Under the pieces are notes generated by a model. The model was not told where the DNA came from. It ran no database searches and worked only from the letters and a program-made list of their open reading frames with translations. DNA of 64,000 nucleotides from an uncultured Chloroflexia bacterium (GTDB taxonomy: Bacteria > Chloroflexota > Limnocylindria > Limnocylindrales > CSP1-4): assembly GCA_963843335.1 (NCBI GenBank), contig CAWJKF010000008.1:144500-208499 (forward strand), written 5' to 3'. The position numbers were made by a program, and so were the translations under genes. This document shows positions 38,110 to 48,637 of this stretch, piece after piece (position 1 is the first letter of the stretch; every line of letters begins with the position of its first letter).

Positions 38110-38625
38110 ATGAGCCCCGAGGACGTGCCCGAGGTTCGCCCGGTGCACCACCTGGCGCAGGTGAACATCGGCACCCTGCGCGCCGACCGCGACGATCCGC
38201 TCGTGGCGGACTTCATGGCTGCGCTCGACCCCATCAACGCCATCGCGGACGGCAGCCCCGGGTTCGTCTGGCGACTCACGACACCGGAAGGCAACGCGAC
38301 CGCGTTGCGGCCGTACGACGACGACCGGATCCTCGTCAACCTCTCGCTCTGGGAGTCGCTCGATACCCTTCGGGCATTCGTCTACCGGAGCGCGCACACC
38401 GACGTCATGCGTCGGCGCCGGGAATGGTTCGAGCGGTTCGAGGGCAGCTACATGGTCCTGTGGTGGGTGCCCGCCGGCCATGTTCCCAGCGTGGAGGAAG
38501 CGAAGGCGCGCCTGGAGCTGCTGGGCAGCGCGGGTCCGGGTCCCGATGCGTTCACCTTCCGGGTCCCGTTCCCGCCGCCCGTACCCGTCAGCATCACCGC
38601 AGCGCCTGGCACGGCCACTGGGTGA
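38110..38625 (+). CDS. DUF3291 domain protein
   Basis: HLAQVNIGTLRADRDDPLVADFMAALDPINAIADGSPGFVWRL...LSLWESLDTLRAFVY. Confidence 0.8.
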   Translation: MSPEDVPEVRPVHHLAQVNIGTLRADRDDPLVADFMAALDPINAIADGSPGFVWRLTTPEGNATALRPYDDDRILVNLSLWESLDTLRAFVYRSAHTDVMRRRREWFERFEGSYMVLWWVPAGHVPSVEEAKARLELLGSAGPGPDAFTFRVPFPPPVPVSITAAPGTATG

Positions 38626-38689
38626 TCGACGCCGGACATGACGAAGCCCCGGTGATGACCGGGGCTTCGGGTGTCTGGTTGCGTCGCCG

Positions 38690-40036
38690 CTAGGGTGCGG
38701 TCACCGTCCGGGCGGAGCTGAACTCGGACGTCTCGTGGGTCTTGCCGTCGTCGGTGGCGGTCGCGGTGATGATGGTGCCGGTGGCCAGGCGCGCGCCGGG
38801 CCTGAAGGTCCAGCTGGCCCGGCCGTCACTGCCGGTGCTCACCATGACCGAGCCCAGGAAGGCGCGGCCCTCGGGATCGCCGGGGTCGCTCTGGAAGACC
38901 TCGATGCGGTATGCGCGCTCGCGATGTGAGCGGAGCGTGCCCTTGATGGTCGTGTTGCTGGCGCTCACGACCGCGCTCGCGACGCTGGGCTTGTTCTGGA
39001 GATGGTTGGGGCCGGTATCCGCATCCGGCACCTTGTCGTTGGCCGTGACGCCATCGCCGCCAAGGTCGATGCCCAGGCCCACGTTGCGGCTGATGGAGTT
39101 GCCCAGGATCTGGATCGACGTGGGCACGAGGTCCAGGCTCGGTGTGTGGATGGCGATGACGTTGACGCCCGCGCCGTGGTTGGAGCGGATGACGTTGCCC
39201 TGGCCGCTGACCGTGCCACCGATGAGGTGCGCTCTGGAGCCCGTGACGAACACCCCATCGCCGTCATTCGCGAGGGCGCCCTGGCCGTCGCGCTTGGTGC
39301 CGATGAGCGTGCCCTGGATGGTCGCACCGGATGCCGCGATGCCGAGGCTGATGCCGGCGCTGCCATTGCCCGACACGAGGTTGCGATCGGCGCGGGCGAT
39401 GGAGCCGATGCGCACGCCCGTTGCGTTGACGAGGATGCCGCTGCCGGTGTTGCCCCGGTCGAGGGTGCCGGTCCGGTCGGTGCCGATGAAGTCACCCACG
39501 ATTCGGCTGCCGTCCGCGCCGCCGGAAAGCTGGATGCCGCGGGCGAAGCCCGAGATGGCGAGGCCCCGGATGGTCACCTTCGCGGTCGCCTGGAGCCCGG
39601 GCACGTTGCCGGCGTCCGTGCCTACGAGCAGGATGCGCACCTTGGCGTTGGTGCCGGTCGCGGCGGTGTTGGCGGTGGCACCAGGCTGGGTTGTGCCATC
39701 GATGGTCAGCGGACCGCTGATGACCGGCAGCGCCGATGCAGGCTTGATCGTCTTCCAGGGATTGCTGCCGGCAGTGATGGCGAACCGGATGCGGTCGAAA
39801 TCGGGTGTCGCATTCGCCTCCATGATCGCGGCGCGCAAGGTGCAGACCTTCGTGGCGCTGCTGGTGGTGACGTCGCAGATGCCATCGCCGACCTTGCGAT
39901 CGGGCTTGTCGCTGGTGGACCTGACCACGAAGGTGTGGCCCGCGGCGGCGACCGGGGTCGCGATGGCGGCGCCGGCCGTCCCCGCGACGACGACGGCGAG
40001 GGACAGGGACATCCAGGAGCGACGGCTACGGACCAT
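38690..40036 (-). CDS. secreted right-handed parallel beta-helix protein with an N-terminal CSLREA-type motif
   Basis: Signal peptide. CTLRAAIMEANAT (CSLREA-like). Repeated G-x-I-x-G-N/beta-helix turns (IRGLAISGF, NLVSGNGSAGISL, ILGNSISRNVGLGIDLG). Confidence 0.8.
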   Translation of the reverse strand: MVRSRRSWMSLSLAVVVAGTAGAAIATPVAAAGHTFVVRSTSDKPDRKVGDGICDVTTSSATKVCTLRAAIMEANATPDFDRIRFAITAGSNPWKTIKPASALPVISGPLTIDGTTQPGATANTAATGTNAKVRILLVGTDAGNVPGLQATAKVTIRGLAISGFARGIQLSGGADGSRIVGDFIGTDRTGTLDRGNTGSGILVNATGVRIGSIARADRNLVSGNGSAGISLGIAASGATIQGTLIGTKRDGQGALANDGDGVFVTGSRAHLIGGTVSGQGNVIRSNHGAGVNVIAIHTPSLDLVPTSIQILGNSISRNVGLGIDLGGDGVTANDKVPDADTGPNHLQNKPSVASAVVSASNTTIKGTLRSHRERAYRIEVFQSDPGDPEGRAFLGSVMVSTGSDGRASWTFRPGARLATGTIITATATDDGKTHETSEFSSARTVTAP

Positions 40037-40374
40037 TGGGACAGGTACCTCCTGTGCCAGACCCTACAACGACCGGGCGCCGCGGTCGCTCAACGTGGGA
40101 TGACCGTTGGGGTACGAGTCCTTCACCTTGCCTGCCGGAGCGGCCGACCATCAGGCCCCCGAGCATGGCCAGAGGGTCATCCGGCGATCGGGAGTTCCCG
40201 CTCTTCTGGGACGTGGACCTGGCGCACATGGACGACTGCTACGCGACCATCGCCCAGAAGTGGTTCGGCGTGCCGGCAGCCGAGGTCATCAAGGGTGGCT
40301 CGCCGCTGACGGGCATCATCGACCCGTAGCCCCGCTCGCGGCCGACATGCCGCGATCAGTCGTCCGTCTCGCGA

Positions 40375-41658
40375 TCAGTCGTCCGGTTCGCTCTCGTCGA
40401 CGATGTGCCACACGAGCTGGATGACGCGCCGGCCGACGGCGCGGTCGGTCTCCAGGACGTCGAAGTGCGTCGTGCCATTCGACAGCAGGACGAGGTCGGA
40501 GTCATAGCCTGCGGCGTCGAGGACCTGGTCGAGATGCGTCGCATGGCCGACGTCCATGAACGGGTCGTTTCGTTCGAAGATGATGCCCACCTTGAGCCGA
40601 TGGTTGCGGCCGATCCGGCGTCCGATGTGGCTATACAGCGAGGCCCGCTTCCAGACAGCCGGGATCCGGGCGTACGTGCCTCCCAGGAAGGCCTGGTCGA
40701 TGCGATAGTCGGCATGGATCGCCGAGACCCCGGCCACGCTCACGAAACCGTTGGGCAGGGACGCCTTCATGCCCAGGGTCGACCGGCAGCTGTCGCCCGC
40801 GCTCGGGAACGTGTCACCGGCGAGCGCGACCATCGCGCCCACGTAGCCACCCATGGAGTGGCCGACGAGGACCACGTGATGCCGGTCACCGCCATACCGG
40901 CCGGCGTTCTGACGCGCGTAGCGGACCGCACACGCCACGTCGGTGATCGACTGCGGGAAGCCCTTGGTATATGCGGGCCGAACACCGCGGTAGTCGACGT
41001 TGAACACGACCGCGCCCTTGGCCGCGAGCGCCGCGGCGAGCTCGTCCATATCGCTGGGGAAACGCGGCCGCCCATGGATGGTGACGATGACCGGCCACGG
41101 ACCGGCCTTGGACGGGTAGTAGATGTCCGCGACGTTGACACAGCCCTTGGCCGATTCGGCGCAGGGTTGGCGCTCCATGTATGGCACGTTCCGGCGCACC
41201 CGGATGCGGCCCGTTCGGGAGGCGGTCGCGGTCCCCGAGCCGGCCGCAGCGGTCCGGCGAGTGGGGGCGACGATGGCATCGGTCACGTTCGGCGTGATGT
41301 CCGCCTGGGCGCCGGCGTCGAGGACCGCCAGGCAGGGGAGTAGCGCGCCGGGCATCAAGGTCGGCGCGGGGAGTGCCGATGCCGCGGGGAGTGCCGATGC
41401 CACGGGGAGTGCCGATGCCACGGGGAGTGCCGATGCCACGGGGAGTGCCGATGCCACGGGGAGTGCCGATGCCATCGGTGCCCCGGAGCTCGATGTCGCG
41501 CCGGACGCGGGCATGGCGCAGGGATCGATGGATGCCGTGGGTGAGGCTGCCGGAGCGGGGGACTGCGCCGCGACCTGGGCGATCATGCCCAGCGCCAGGA
41601 GCATGGTCATGGCCAGGCCGACGGCCATGGAGCCGCCCCCTCCGGTGAGCGACCTCAA
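40375..41658 (-). CDS. secreted alpha/beta hydrolase (esterase/lipase-like) with an (ASALPV)n linker
   Basis: Signal peptide. IHGRP, GHSMGG nucleophile elbow, and an N-terminal tandem hexapeptide repeat. Its start overlaps the rpiB stop. Confidence 0.8.
   Translation of the reverse strand: MRSLTGGGGSMAVGLAMTMLLALGMIAQVAAQSPAPAASPTASIDPCAMPASGATSSSGAPMASALPVASALPVASALPVASALPVASALPAASALPAPTLMPGALLPCLAVLDAGAQADITPNVTDAIVAPTRRTAAAGSGTATASRTGRIRVRRNVPYMERQPCAESAKGCVNVADIYYPSKAGPWPVIVTIHGRPRFPSDMDELAAALAAKGAVVFNVDYRGVRPAYTKGFPQSITDVACAVRYARQNAGRYGGDRHHVVLVGHSMGGYVGAMVALAGDTFPSAGDSCRSTLGMKASLPNGFVSVAGVSAIHADYRIDQAFLGGTYARIPAVWKRASLYSHIGRRIGRNHRLKVGIIFERNDPFMDVGHATHLDQVLDAAGYDSDLVLLSNGTTHFDVLETDRAVGRRVIQLVWHIVDESEPDD
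41371..41474. repeat. 18-bp tandem repeat, ~5.8 copies (unit GAGTGCCGATGCCACGGG), in-frame in the esterase gene
   Basis: Read directly. Copies 2-5 are identical, copy 1 differs at one base, and the last copy is partial. Encodes ASALPV x5. Confidence 0.9.
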
Positions 41659-42116
41659 CCGGGGTCGTGCTGTTCGAGGGCCCGGATCTTGTCCACGCGC
41701 CGTGCGTGGCGGCCACCAAGGAATCCCGCTTCCAGGAACGCCCGGACGCAGGCCAGGGCGACTTCGCTGCCCACGATGCGTGCCCCCATCGAGAGCACGT
41801 TCGCGTCGTTGTGCTCGCGGCCAAGGCGCGCCGTGACGGGGTCTGCTGCCTCGACGCAGCGGATACCCGGGATCTTGTTGGCCACGATCTGCTCGCCCGT
41901 GCCGCTGCCACCGAGCACGATGCCCAGGTCGCAGGTGCCGTCCGCCACCGCTCGCGCGGCGGGCGCGATGACATCGGGATAGTCGACCGGGTCGGTGCTG
42001 TGGGTGCCGAAATCGACGGGCTCATGGCCGGCGGATCGGAGCAGCTCGGTGATGGGATCCTTGAGGGGGAACCCCGCATGGTCGGTCGCGATGGCGATGC
42101 GCACGCATGGGAGCAT
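41655..42116 (-). CDS. rpiB: ribose-5-phosphate isomerase B
   Basis: RIAIATDHAGFPLKD...GIVLGGSGTGEQIVANK..GIRC...REHNDANVLSMGARIVG. Confidence 0.9.
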   Translation of the reverse strand: MLPCVRIAIATDHAGFPLKDPITELLRSAGHEPVDFGTHSTDPVDYPDVIAPAARAVADGTCDLGIVLGGSGTGEQIVANKIPGIRCVEAADPVTARLGREHNDANVLSMGARIVGSEVALACVRAFLEAGFLGGRHARRVDKIRALEQHDPG

Positions 42117-42425
42117 ACCCAAGGTACGGCCGACCGACACGTCGTGACACGCCTGATGCGTCGGCCGATGCTCGTCCCTTCGACTCCGATGAGCGACAGG
42201 TGAGAGGCTGGACTGGTGCGGGCCGCCCACGACGATCGCTCATCAGGCTGGACGCACCCCCGGGCCGTCGCTATAGTCGCGCGATCCTCGGGACGCCGGC
42301 GATGTTGACAGGACAGGTGTTGGAACAGGCATCCGGGAGAGACCCGACCGGATGTCCATTCCGGCGATATCCGTCGACGAGACGGTGCCCCGGGCGTCGA
42401 TCGTTTTCGGGCGGAGGTTCCAAGG

Positions 42426-42794
42426 TTGTCATATACGGATCGAGGTATCACCTGCGTCGATTGCGGCCAGGAGTTCGTCTTCACCGCGGGTGAGCAGGAG
42501 TTCTACGCCCAGCGTGGATTCAGCGAGGCGCCCAAGCGGTGCTCCTCGTGCCGCGCGGCACGCAAGGTCCAGCGCAACGGGGCCGGGGGGACCACGGGCG
42601 CGGGAGGGGGCTCGTACGACGGGTACGGGCAGTCATCGGGAGGATATGGCGGCGGCGGCGGATATTCCGATCGGCGTCCTCGTGAGATGTTCGCGGCGAC
42701 CTGTGCCGACTGCGGTCGGACCGCACAGGTGCCGTTCCAGCCCACCGGGGCACGCCCGGTCTATTGCAGCGACTGCTTTCAGACGCGTCGCTGA
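42426..42794 (+). CDS. zinc-ribbon protein (two CxxC...CxxC units separated by a Gly-rich linker)
   Basis: GGAGG before the TTG start. CVDCGQEFVFTAGEQEFYAQRGFSEAPKRCSSCR and CADCGRTAQVPFQPTGARPVYCSDCF. Confidence 0.75.
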   Translation: MSYTDRGITCVDCGQEFVFTAGEQEFYAQRGFSEAPKRCSSCRAARKVQRNGAGGTTGAGGGSYDGYGQSSGGYGGGGGYSDRRPREMFAATCADCGRTAQVPFQPTGARPVYCSDCFQTRR

Positions 42795-43002
42795 CGCCGA
42801 CCGACCGCGGGGGATCGGGTCTCCCCGCGGTCCACTCCTGGGATCACGACAAACGCACCCGCGGCATGCTCCCTGGTGTCCATGAGCGTTTGTCGTCGGG
42901 GATCTCCACAAAGGCCGCGGTAAGAGCCGCTCGATACCGTCATCCGTGCATCGCGTCCGACCGGCCGCGGTGGCCAACGCAGAGGCACACGGATGGAGAG
43001 CC

Positions 43003-43200
43003 ATGGACACCGTATCGCTGCCCGTCTACCACCACGTCCGCGTCGACCGACTGTTGATGCTGTTCGGCGTCGTCCTGGTCTTGACCGCGCTGGTCCTCCT
43101 CGTCGCCGCAGGCCTGGACGTCGACCTCCTGTCGGGCCATCAGACCGATGAGCCACTCATGGCCCCATTCCGATGGTGGGCGCACCCCAACATCGCCTGA
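43003..43200 (+). CDS. 65-aa single-TM hypothetical protein
   Basis: GGAGAG before the ATG. RLLMLFGVVLVLTALVLLVAAGL hydrophobic helix. Confidence 0.35.
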   Translation: MDTVSLPVYHHVRVDRLLMLFGVVLVLTALVLLVAAGLDVDLLSGHQTDEPLMAPFRWWAHPNIA

Positions 43201-43221
43201 GCGGATCGGAGACTCGGTGGC

Positions 43222-44007
43222 TCAGCGGGTGCTGGTGGACTCGGTGCCCGCGAGCCGCTGAGCGATGTAGATGGGGATGGCCGACATCAGGATGACCAGC
43301 ACCGCGACGACGTTCACGATCGGGCGCTGGTTGGGCAGCTTGATGTTGGACAGGATCCAGATCGGCAGCGTCTGCTCGGTGCCGGCCGTGAAATTCGTCA
43401 CGATGATCTCGTCGAATGACAGTCCGAACGCGAGCAGTGCCCCTGCCAGCAATGCCGTGCCGAGCACCGGCAGGGTCACGTGGCGGAAGGTGGTCAGTGA
43501 GTCGGCGCCCAGATCCATGGACGCCTCCTCGAGCGACCGGGATGATCGTCGAAGGCGTGCGATGGCGTTGTTGTAGACGATGACCACGCAGAACGTCGCG
43601 TGGCCGATGATGATCGTCGTGAGGCTGAATCCGACACCCAGACCCTGGATGCTGGCAGCGAGCGCGATGCCGGTGATGATGCCGGGGAGCGCGAGTGGCA
43701 GCACCAGCGCGAACGAGATGGCACCACGGCCGAAGAAGCTGAACCGATGCACGGCGAGCGCGGCGAGCGATCCGAGGACGACCGCGATGAGTGTCGCGCC
43801 GACACCCGCCTGGATGGACAGCCAGAACGCCTCCCGCACCGCAGGATTGCCGATGGCCTTGGCGTACCACTCGGTCGTCAGCTCGCCGATGGGCCAGGTC
43901 TGGGTCCGGCTGGCGTTGAACGAGTACAGGAAGATGACCGCGATGGGGATGTAGAGGAAGGCCAGGACCGCGATGGTCGCGGCACGCAGCCCCCACCGGC
44001 CGAGCAT
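43222..44007 (-). CDS. ABC transporter permease (PotC-like)
   Basis: 6-TM BPD-type permease with an EAA-like loop (EEASMDLGADSLTTFRHVTLP). Its start overlaps the upstream permease stop. Confidence 0.9.
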   Translation of the reverse strand: MLGRWGLRAATIAVLAFLYIPIAVIFLYSFNASRTQTWPIGELTTEWYAKAIGNPAVREAFWLSIQAGVGATLIAVVLGSLAALAVHRFSFFGRGAISFALVLPLALPGIITGIALAASIQGLGVGFSLTTIIIGHATFCVVIVYNNAIARLRRSSRSLEEASMDLGADSLTTFRHVTLPVLGTALLAGALLAFGLSFDEIIVTNFTAGTEQTLPIWILSNIKLPNQRPIVNVVAVLVILMSAIPIYIAQRLAGTESTSTR

Positions 44008-44924
44008 CAGAGCGCCTCGAACGCGCCCGCCCGGCGCGCGATGAGCAGGTAGACGCCCATGATGACGATCGGGACGTACGCGTACGCCGCCGCCAACGGG
44101 ATGTTCCCGGCGACCCCCTGGGCGCTGTAGATGACGTTGCCGATGAACTGGCTGTTCATCACCAGGGGCGGCGTGATGTAGTCACCGAGCGTCAACGCGA
44201 ACGTGAAGATGGACCCGGCCACCACTGCGGGGATGGCCAGGGGCAGGATCACCCGCCGGAAGGTGGTCCAGTGGTGGCCGCCAAGGTCCGCGGACGCCTC
44301 CAGCAGCGATCCGGCGATCCGCTCCAGGCCCGCGTAGATGGGCAGGATCATGTACGGCAGCCAGAGGTACGTGAAGACGAGCCATCCGGACACCTCCGAC
44401 AGGCCCAGGCGGAGGCTGCCGGTCCCCAGCTGCTGGCCGACCCAGTCGAGGGGTCCATTGGGTTGCAGGATGACGCGCCACGCGAAGACCTTGACCACAT
44501 AGCTCGACCACAGCGGCAGGAGCGTCGCCATCACCAGCAATCGGCGCGTTCGGGGGGACGCCACGCGGGCCATGTAGTACGCGATGGGGAAGGCGATGAG
44601 CGCACAGGTCAGGGTCACCGCGATGGCCATGCTCAGGGTCCTGATGGTGATCGCCCGATAGACGGGCTCGGTGAGGATGGCCTCGAAGTTCTTGAGGCTG
44701 AGCTGCCGAACGACCTCCGAGGTGCGTGGGTCGAGCGTGAAGAACGCGGTCACGAGGAGCACCGCGAGCGACCCGAAGTAGATGATGGCCATCCAGCCCG
44801 CGGGCGGCGTGAGGATGAGCGCAAGGGCGGCACGGGGTCGCTGGTAGCACGCGGTCAGCAGGCGACCCAGCGCCGACGGTGGCCGTCGAGCGGGCAGGGG
44901 TGCCCCGGGAGCGACGCTGGTCAT
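44007..44924 (-). CDS. ABC transporter permease (PotB-like)
   Basis: BPD-type permease. LEASADLGGHHWTTFRRVILP. Confidence 0.9.
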   Translation of the reverse strand: MTSVAPGAPLPARRPPSALGRLLTACYQRPRAALALILTPPAGWMAIIYFGSLAVLLVTAFFTLDPRTSEVVRQLSLKNFEAILTEPVYRAITIRTLSMAIAVTLTCALIAFPIAYYMARVASPRTRRLLVMATLLPLWSSYVVKVFAWRVILQPNGPLDWVGQQLGTGSLRLGLSEVSGWLVFTYLWLPYMILPIYAGLERIAGSLLEASADLGGHHWTTFRRVILPLAIPAVVAGSIFTFALTLGDYITPPLVMNSQFIGNVIYSAQGVAGNIPLAAAYAYVPIVIMGVYLLIARRAGAFEAL

Positions 44925-45022
44925 GGTTCCGGTGAGTGCCTCGGCTCGGCGGGGCTGGGGAGGGGGGCGTCCGGGCCCGGGTGGTCGGCCCGGGCCCGGA
45001 CGCCAGGTTCAGACGAGGGCTG

Positions 45023-46258
45023 CTACCCCTTGATCTCGGTCCACTTGCTCGTCCACAGCTCGTAGTCCGTGCAGGTGTCACCGCGGTCGTCGCCGCAGGC
45101 GGTCTGCGGCGTCTTCCAGAACGCGATGCTGTCGTAGAACGATGGATCGTTGACGCCATAGGCATCGCAGAAGCCGGGCTGCGCGTAGGGGCCGTAGCCG
45201 ACGTCGAGGTACTTGCAGGCCAGCGGGTTGGCGGGCGCTTCACCGAAGTTCTCGGCGACCTGGGTCTGGACCTCCGGCGTGAGCATCCAGGCCATCCACT
45301 TGAGCATGCAGTTGGGATGGGCGGCCTTGCTGGACAGCATCCACGTGTCCGCCCAGCCCGTCATGCCCTCGGTCGGCACCACGGCGTCCACCGGCACGCC
45401 GGCCGCCTTGAGGGCATTGACCTGGTACGGCCACGTGGTGCCGATGCTGCTGAGACCGCTCGTGAAGTTGTCGATCTCGGTGCCGAACAGCGACCAGTAC
45501 TGACCCACGAACGGGTGCTGCGCCTTGAGCAGTGCGACCGCCGCATCCAGCTGTGCCGGGGTCAGCTCGTAGACATCCGTGATGCCCAGGTCCGGCTGGT
45601 GCGCCTTGAGATAGAGGGCAGCGTCCGCGATGTAGATGGGGCTGTCGTACGCCGTGACCTGGCCGCTGTAGCCGGCCATCTTGGCCGGGTCGAATACCGC
45701 ATCCCAGCTGTTCAGGCCGGTGAAGTTGCTCGTGTTGTACATGAGCTCGTTGCCGCCCCAGCCGTGGGGCACGCCATAGTGCTTGCCGTCCACGACGTAG
45801 TGCGGCGCGTTCTGCAGGAACGGCGCGACATCGCTGAACCCGGGGATGGCGCTCACGTCGACCTCCGCCACGTCACCGGCGGAGATGAGCCGCAGCGTGG
45901 CGTCGCCGGACGCGGAGACACCGTCGTAGGCGCCGGTGCGCATGTCCGTGACCATCTGGTCGGACGTGTCGTCCGGTTTGGCGTTCACCTTGCAGCCCGT
46001 CGCCGCGGTGAATCCATTGACCCAGTCGTACGCGGGCTCGTTGCTGCCGTCCTCGGCATAGCCGCCCCAGACGATGAGGTTCAGCTCCCCCTCGCCGGGG
46101 CCACCCACCGCCGACAGGTCGATGGTGGGCAGCAGTGGGGTCGGGAACCCCGAGGCGGCCGGGGATGCATCCTGGGCGAGTGACCCCGCCGGGGTGACCG
46201 CCACGGCGAGGGCGAGACTCGCCCCCACGCCGATGCAGGTCCTGATCGTCGATCGCAT
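45023..46258 (-). CDS. extracellular solute-binding protein (PotD/PotF-like, polyamine-type family)
   Basis: Signal peptide, then LNLIVWGGYAED...GVPHGWGGNELMYN...TGWADTWML. Confidence 0.9.
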   Translation of the reverse strand: MRSTIRTCIGVGASLALAVAVTPAGSLAQDASPAASGFPTPLLPTIDLSAVGGPGEGELNLIVWGGYAEDGSNEPAYDWVNGFTAATGCKVNAKPDDTSDQMVTDMRTGAYDGVSASGDATLRLISAGDVAEVDVSAIPGFSDVAPFLQNAPHYVVDGKHYGVPHGWGGNELMYNTSNFTGLNSWDAVFDPAKMAGYSGQVTAYDSPIYIADAALYLKAHQPDLGITDVYELTPAQLDAAVALLKAQHPFVGQYWSLFGTEIDNFTSGLSSIGTTWPYQVNALKAAGVPVDAVVPTEGMTGWADTWMLSSKAAHPNCMLKWMAWMLTPEVQTQVAENFGEAPANPLACKYLDVGYGPYAQPGFCDAYGVNDPSFYDSIAFWKTPQTACGDDRGDTCTDYELWTSKWTEIKG

Positions 46259-46273
46259 GCCTGGCTCCTCCTG

Positions 46274-47401
46274 CTACACCTTGGGCTGGGCCGGGTCGCC
46301 CGTTCCGCGCGGGATGTCCGGCAGCGCCGTGGCAACGGGCAGCATGTACTGGCGGTCCCAGACCAGCCGCACCTGCCGTCCCTTCAGCGCGAGCACCTCC
46401 ATGGAAGAGGTGGTCACGTTCTGCTTGATGACCTCGAGCTCACCACCTGCGTCGAGCGCGACGTGATAGCGGGTGTCCGAGCCGAGGTAGACGACGTCCC
46501 GAACGTGCCCGTCGACGGCGACCGAGCCAGGGGGCACGGCCACGCCGGGTTCCTCCAGGTGGATCTTCTCGGGCCGCACCGTGAACGTGCCGGGTCCCCC
46601 GCTGAGTTCCTGCGCGACCTGACCCTCGAGCACGTTCGAGATGCCCACGAACCCGGCCACGAACGCGGTCGTGGGGCGTTCGTAGACATCCGCGGGCGTC
46701 CCGACCTGCTCGATCCGACCGCGCGAGAAGATGGCGATCCGGTCGCTCATGGCGAGCGCCTCGTCCTGGTCGTGGGTGACATAGATGAAGGTGATGCCCG
46801 TCTCGCGCTGGATGGACTTCAGCTCCAGCTGCATCTCCTGGCGCAGCTTGAGGTCCAGTGCTCCCAGTGGCTCGTCCAGGAGCAGCACCCGCGGCCGGTT
46901 GACGAGCGCGCGCGCGAGCGCCACACGCTGGCGCTGGCCACCGGACAGCTGTCCGGGCTTGCGCGTGCCGTAGCCCTCGAGGCGGACCATCCGAAGCGCC
47001 TCCTCGACCCGGCGGCGGCGTTCGTCCCGGGGCACCTTCCGGATCATCAGGCCGTAGCCCACGTTGTCGCCCACGTTCATGTGGGGGAAGAGGGCGTAAT
47101 CCTGGAACACGGTGTTCACGTCACGCTCCCAGGGCGGCAGGCGCGACACGTCGGCGCCGTCGAGGATCACCCGTCCCTCGGTCGGCAGCTCGAAGCCCGC
47201 GATCATGCGCAGGGTCGTGGTCTTGCCCGAGCCCGATGGACCGAGCATCGAGAAGAACTCGCCGCGGGCGATATCCAGGTCCACGCCGCTGACGGCGATG
47301 ACCTCGCCGTACAGCTTGCGGACACCGTCGAGTCGCACGGCCGGGATGGGGCGGGGATCAGCCTCCTGGCCGGCCCTTCCTGGGTATGGGACGACCGTCA
47401 C
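46274..47401 (-). CDS. ABC transporter ATP-binding protein (PotA-like)
   Basis: Walker [25 protein letters not shown], and Walker [12 protein letters not shown], plus a C-terminal TOBE-like domain. Confidence 0.9.
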   Translation of the reverse strand: MTVVPYPGRAGQEADPRPIPAVRLDGVRKLYGEVIAVSGVDLDIARGEFFSMLGPSGSGKTTTLRMIAGFELPTEGRVILDGADVSRLPPWERDVNTVFQDYALFPHMNVGDNVGYGLMIRKVPRDERRRRVEEALRMVRLEGYGTRKPGQLSGGQRQRVALARALVNRPRVLLLDEPLGALDLKLRQEMQLELKSIQRETGITFIYVTHDQDEALAMSDRIAIFSRGRIEQVGTPADVYERPTTAFVAGFVGISNVLEGQVAQELSGGPGTFTVRPEKIHLEEPGVAVPPGSVAVDGHVRDVVYLGSDTRYHVALDAGGELEVIKQNVTTSSMEVLALKGRQVRLVWDRQYMLPVATALPDIPRGTGDPAQPKV

Positions 47402-47596
47402 GGGTTCCTCGTGGTACGAGTCGCAGGCACGGTCCCTGGGCGCATGGCCCCGGACGATGGGTGACAGAAGCGTGGCGCCTCGGTCCTGCCTGTGTCAAGG
47501 ATCGCCGCAGGGCGACCCGCTGTGGCGCGTGGCTGCGCGACGCCGGACCATCGGGGTCCGCCGGCAGTCCCCGGACCGTGGGCATACAGTCGGCAT

Positions 47597-48178
47597 GTGA
47601 CCCAGGATGCCGCCCCCGATCCGTCGACCGCGCCACGTCGTCCATCGCTCGCCCCGCTCATCGTCGTCGCGGTCTTCTTCATCGTGGCTGTGACGCTCGT
47701 GCTCATCGGTGCCCAGCAGTCGGCGGCTCCGGCGCCATCGGTCAGCATCACCCGACCCGGGACCCCGGACGACCCCCGACCCGTGACGGTCCTGATGCGT
47801 GACTACCTGTTCGATCCGACGCCACTCGTGCTCGTGGCCGGCGAGACCATCCGGCTCACCGTCTTCAGCGCGGGCATGACGGCCCATGAGCTGGTCCTCG
47901 GCGACGATGCCGTGCAGCAGGCATGGGCCGATGCGGACGCGAGGGCGACCCCGCCCGCCCCGTTCGCGACGCCGCCCCCAGCGAGCGTGCCACCAGGTAC
48001 CGGTGGCGTTCGGCTGCTCCTGGCCTCGGGCGAGACCGCCACCGTGGACTACGTGGTACCGGAGACAGGCGTCCTCAAGCTGCTCTGCCACCTGCCCGGC
48101 CACATCGAGCGGGGCATGATCGGACAGGTCGACGTCCGACGCGCGGCCGACATCGCCGGGACGCATCCCGGGCAGTAA
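47597..48178 (+). CDS. membrane-anchored cupredoxin-domain protein
   Basis: GTG start. TM helix LAPLIVVAVFFIVAVTLVLIG. Cu ligands H (MTAHELV) and C-x4-H-x4-M (LCHLPGHIERGM). Confidence 0.7.
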   Translation: MTQDAAPDPSTAPRRPSLAPLIVVAVFFIVAVTLVLIGAQQSAAPAPSVSITRPGTPDDPRPVTVLMRDYLFDPTPLVLVAGETIRLTVFSAGMTAHELVLGDDAVQQAWADADARATPPAPFATPPPASVPPGTGGVRLLLASGETATVDYVVPETGVLKLLCHLPGHIERGMIGQVDVRRAADIAGTHPGQ

Positions 48179-48277
48179 TATGGGTCTGGCGCAGGCCATC
48201 GCCTCGTGCCGTGAAGGTGCCATCTGTCCCCCGCTCCCGGCGTGACATCGGGGGCCCCGATCGCTGAGGTGTGTGGA

Positions 48278-48565
<288 letters not shown>

Positions 48566-48573
48566 CGCTGCTC

Positions 48574-48594
48574 GAGCGCCCGCTCGGGGCGCTC
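48574..48594. terminator. GC-rich hairpin between convergent genes (GAGCGCCC gctcg GGGCGCTC)
   Basis: 8-bp perfect stem between the ferredoxin stop (48565) and the ABC-2 permease stop (48638). There is no U-tract, so terminator function is an inference. Confidence 0.4.
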
Positions 48595-48637
48595 CCGGCC
48601 GCTTGCCCACGTCGTGGCGCGCGCCGGCCGATCGCTG

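Noticed and set aside
41371-41474. Regularly spaced 18-bp repeats as a possible CRISPR array
   Set aside because: The repeats are contiguous with no spacers, lie in-frame inside a coding sequence (ASALPV repeat), and no cas genes are present.
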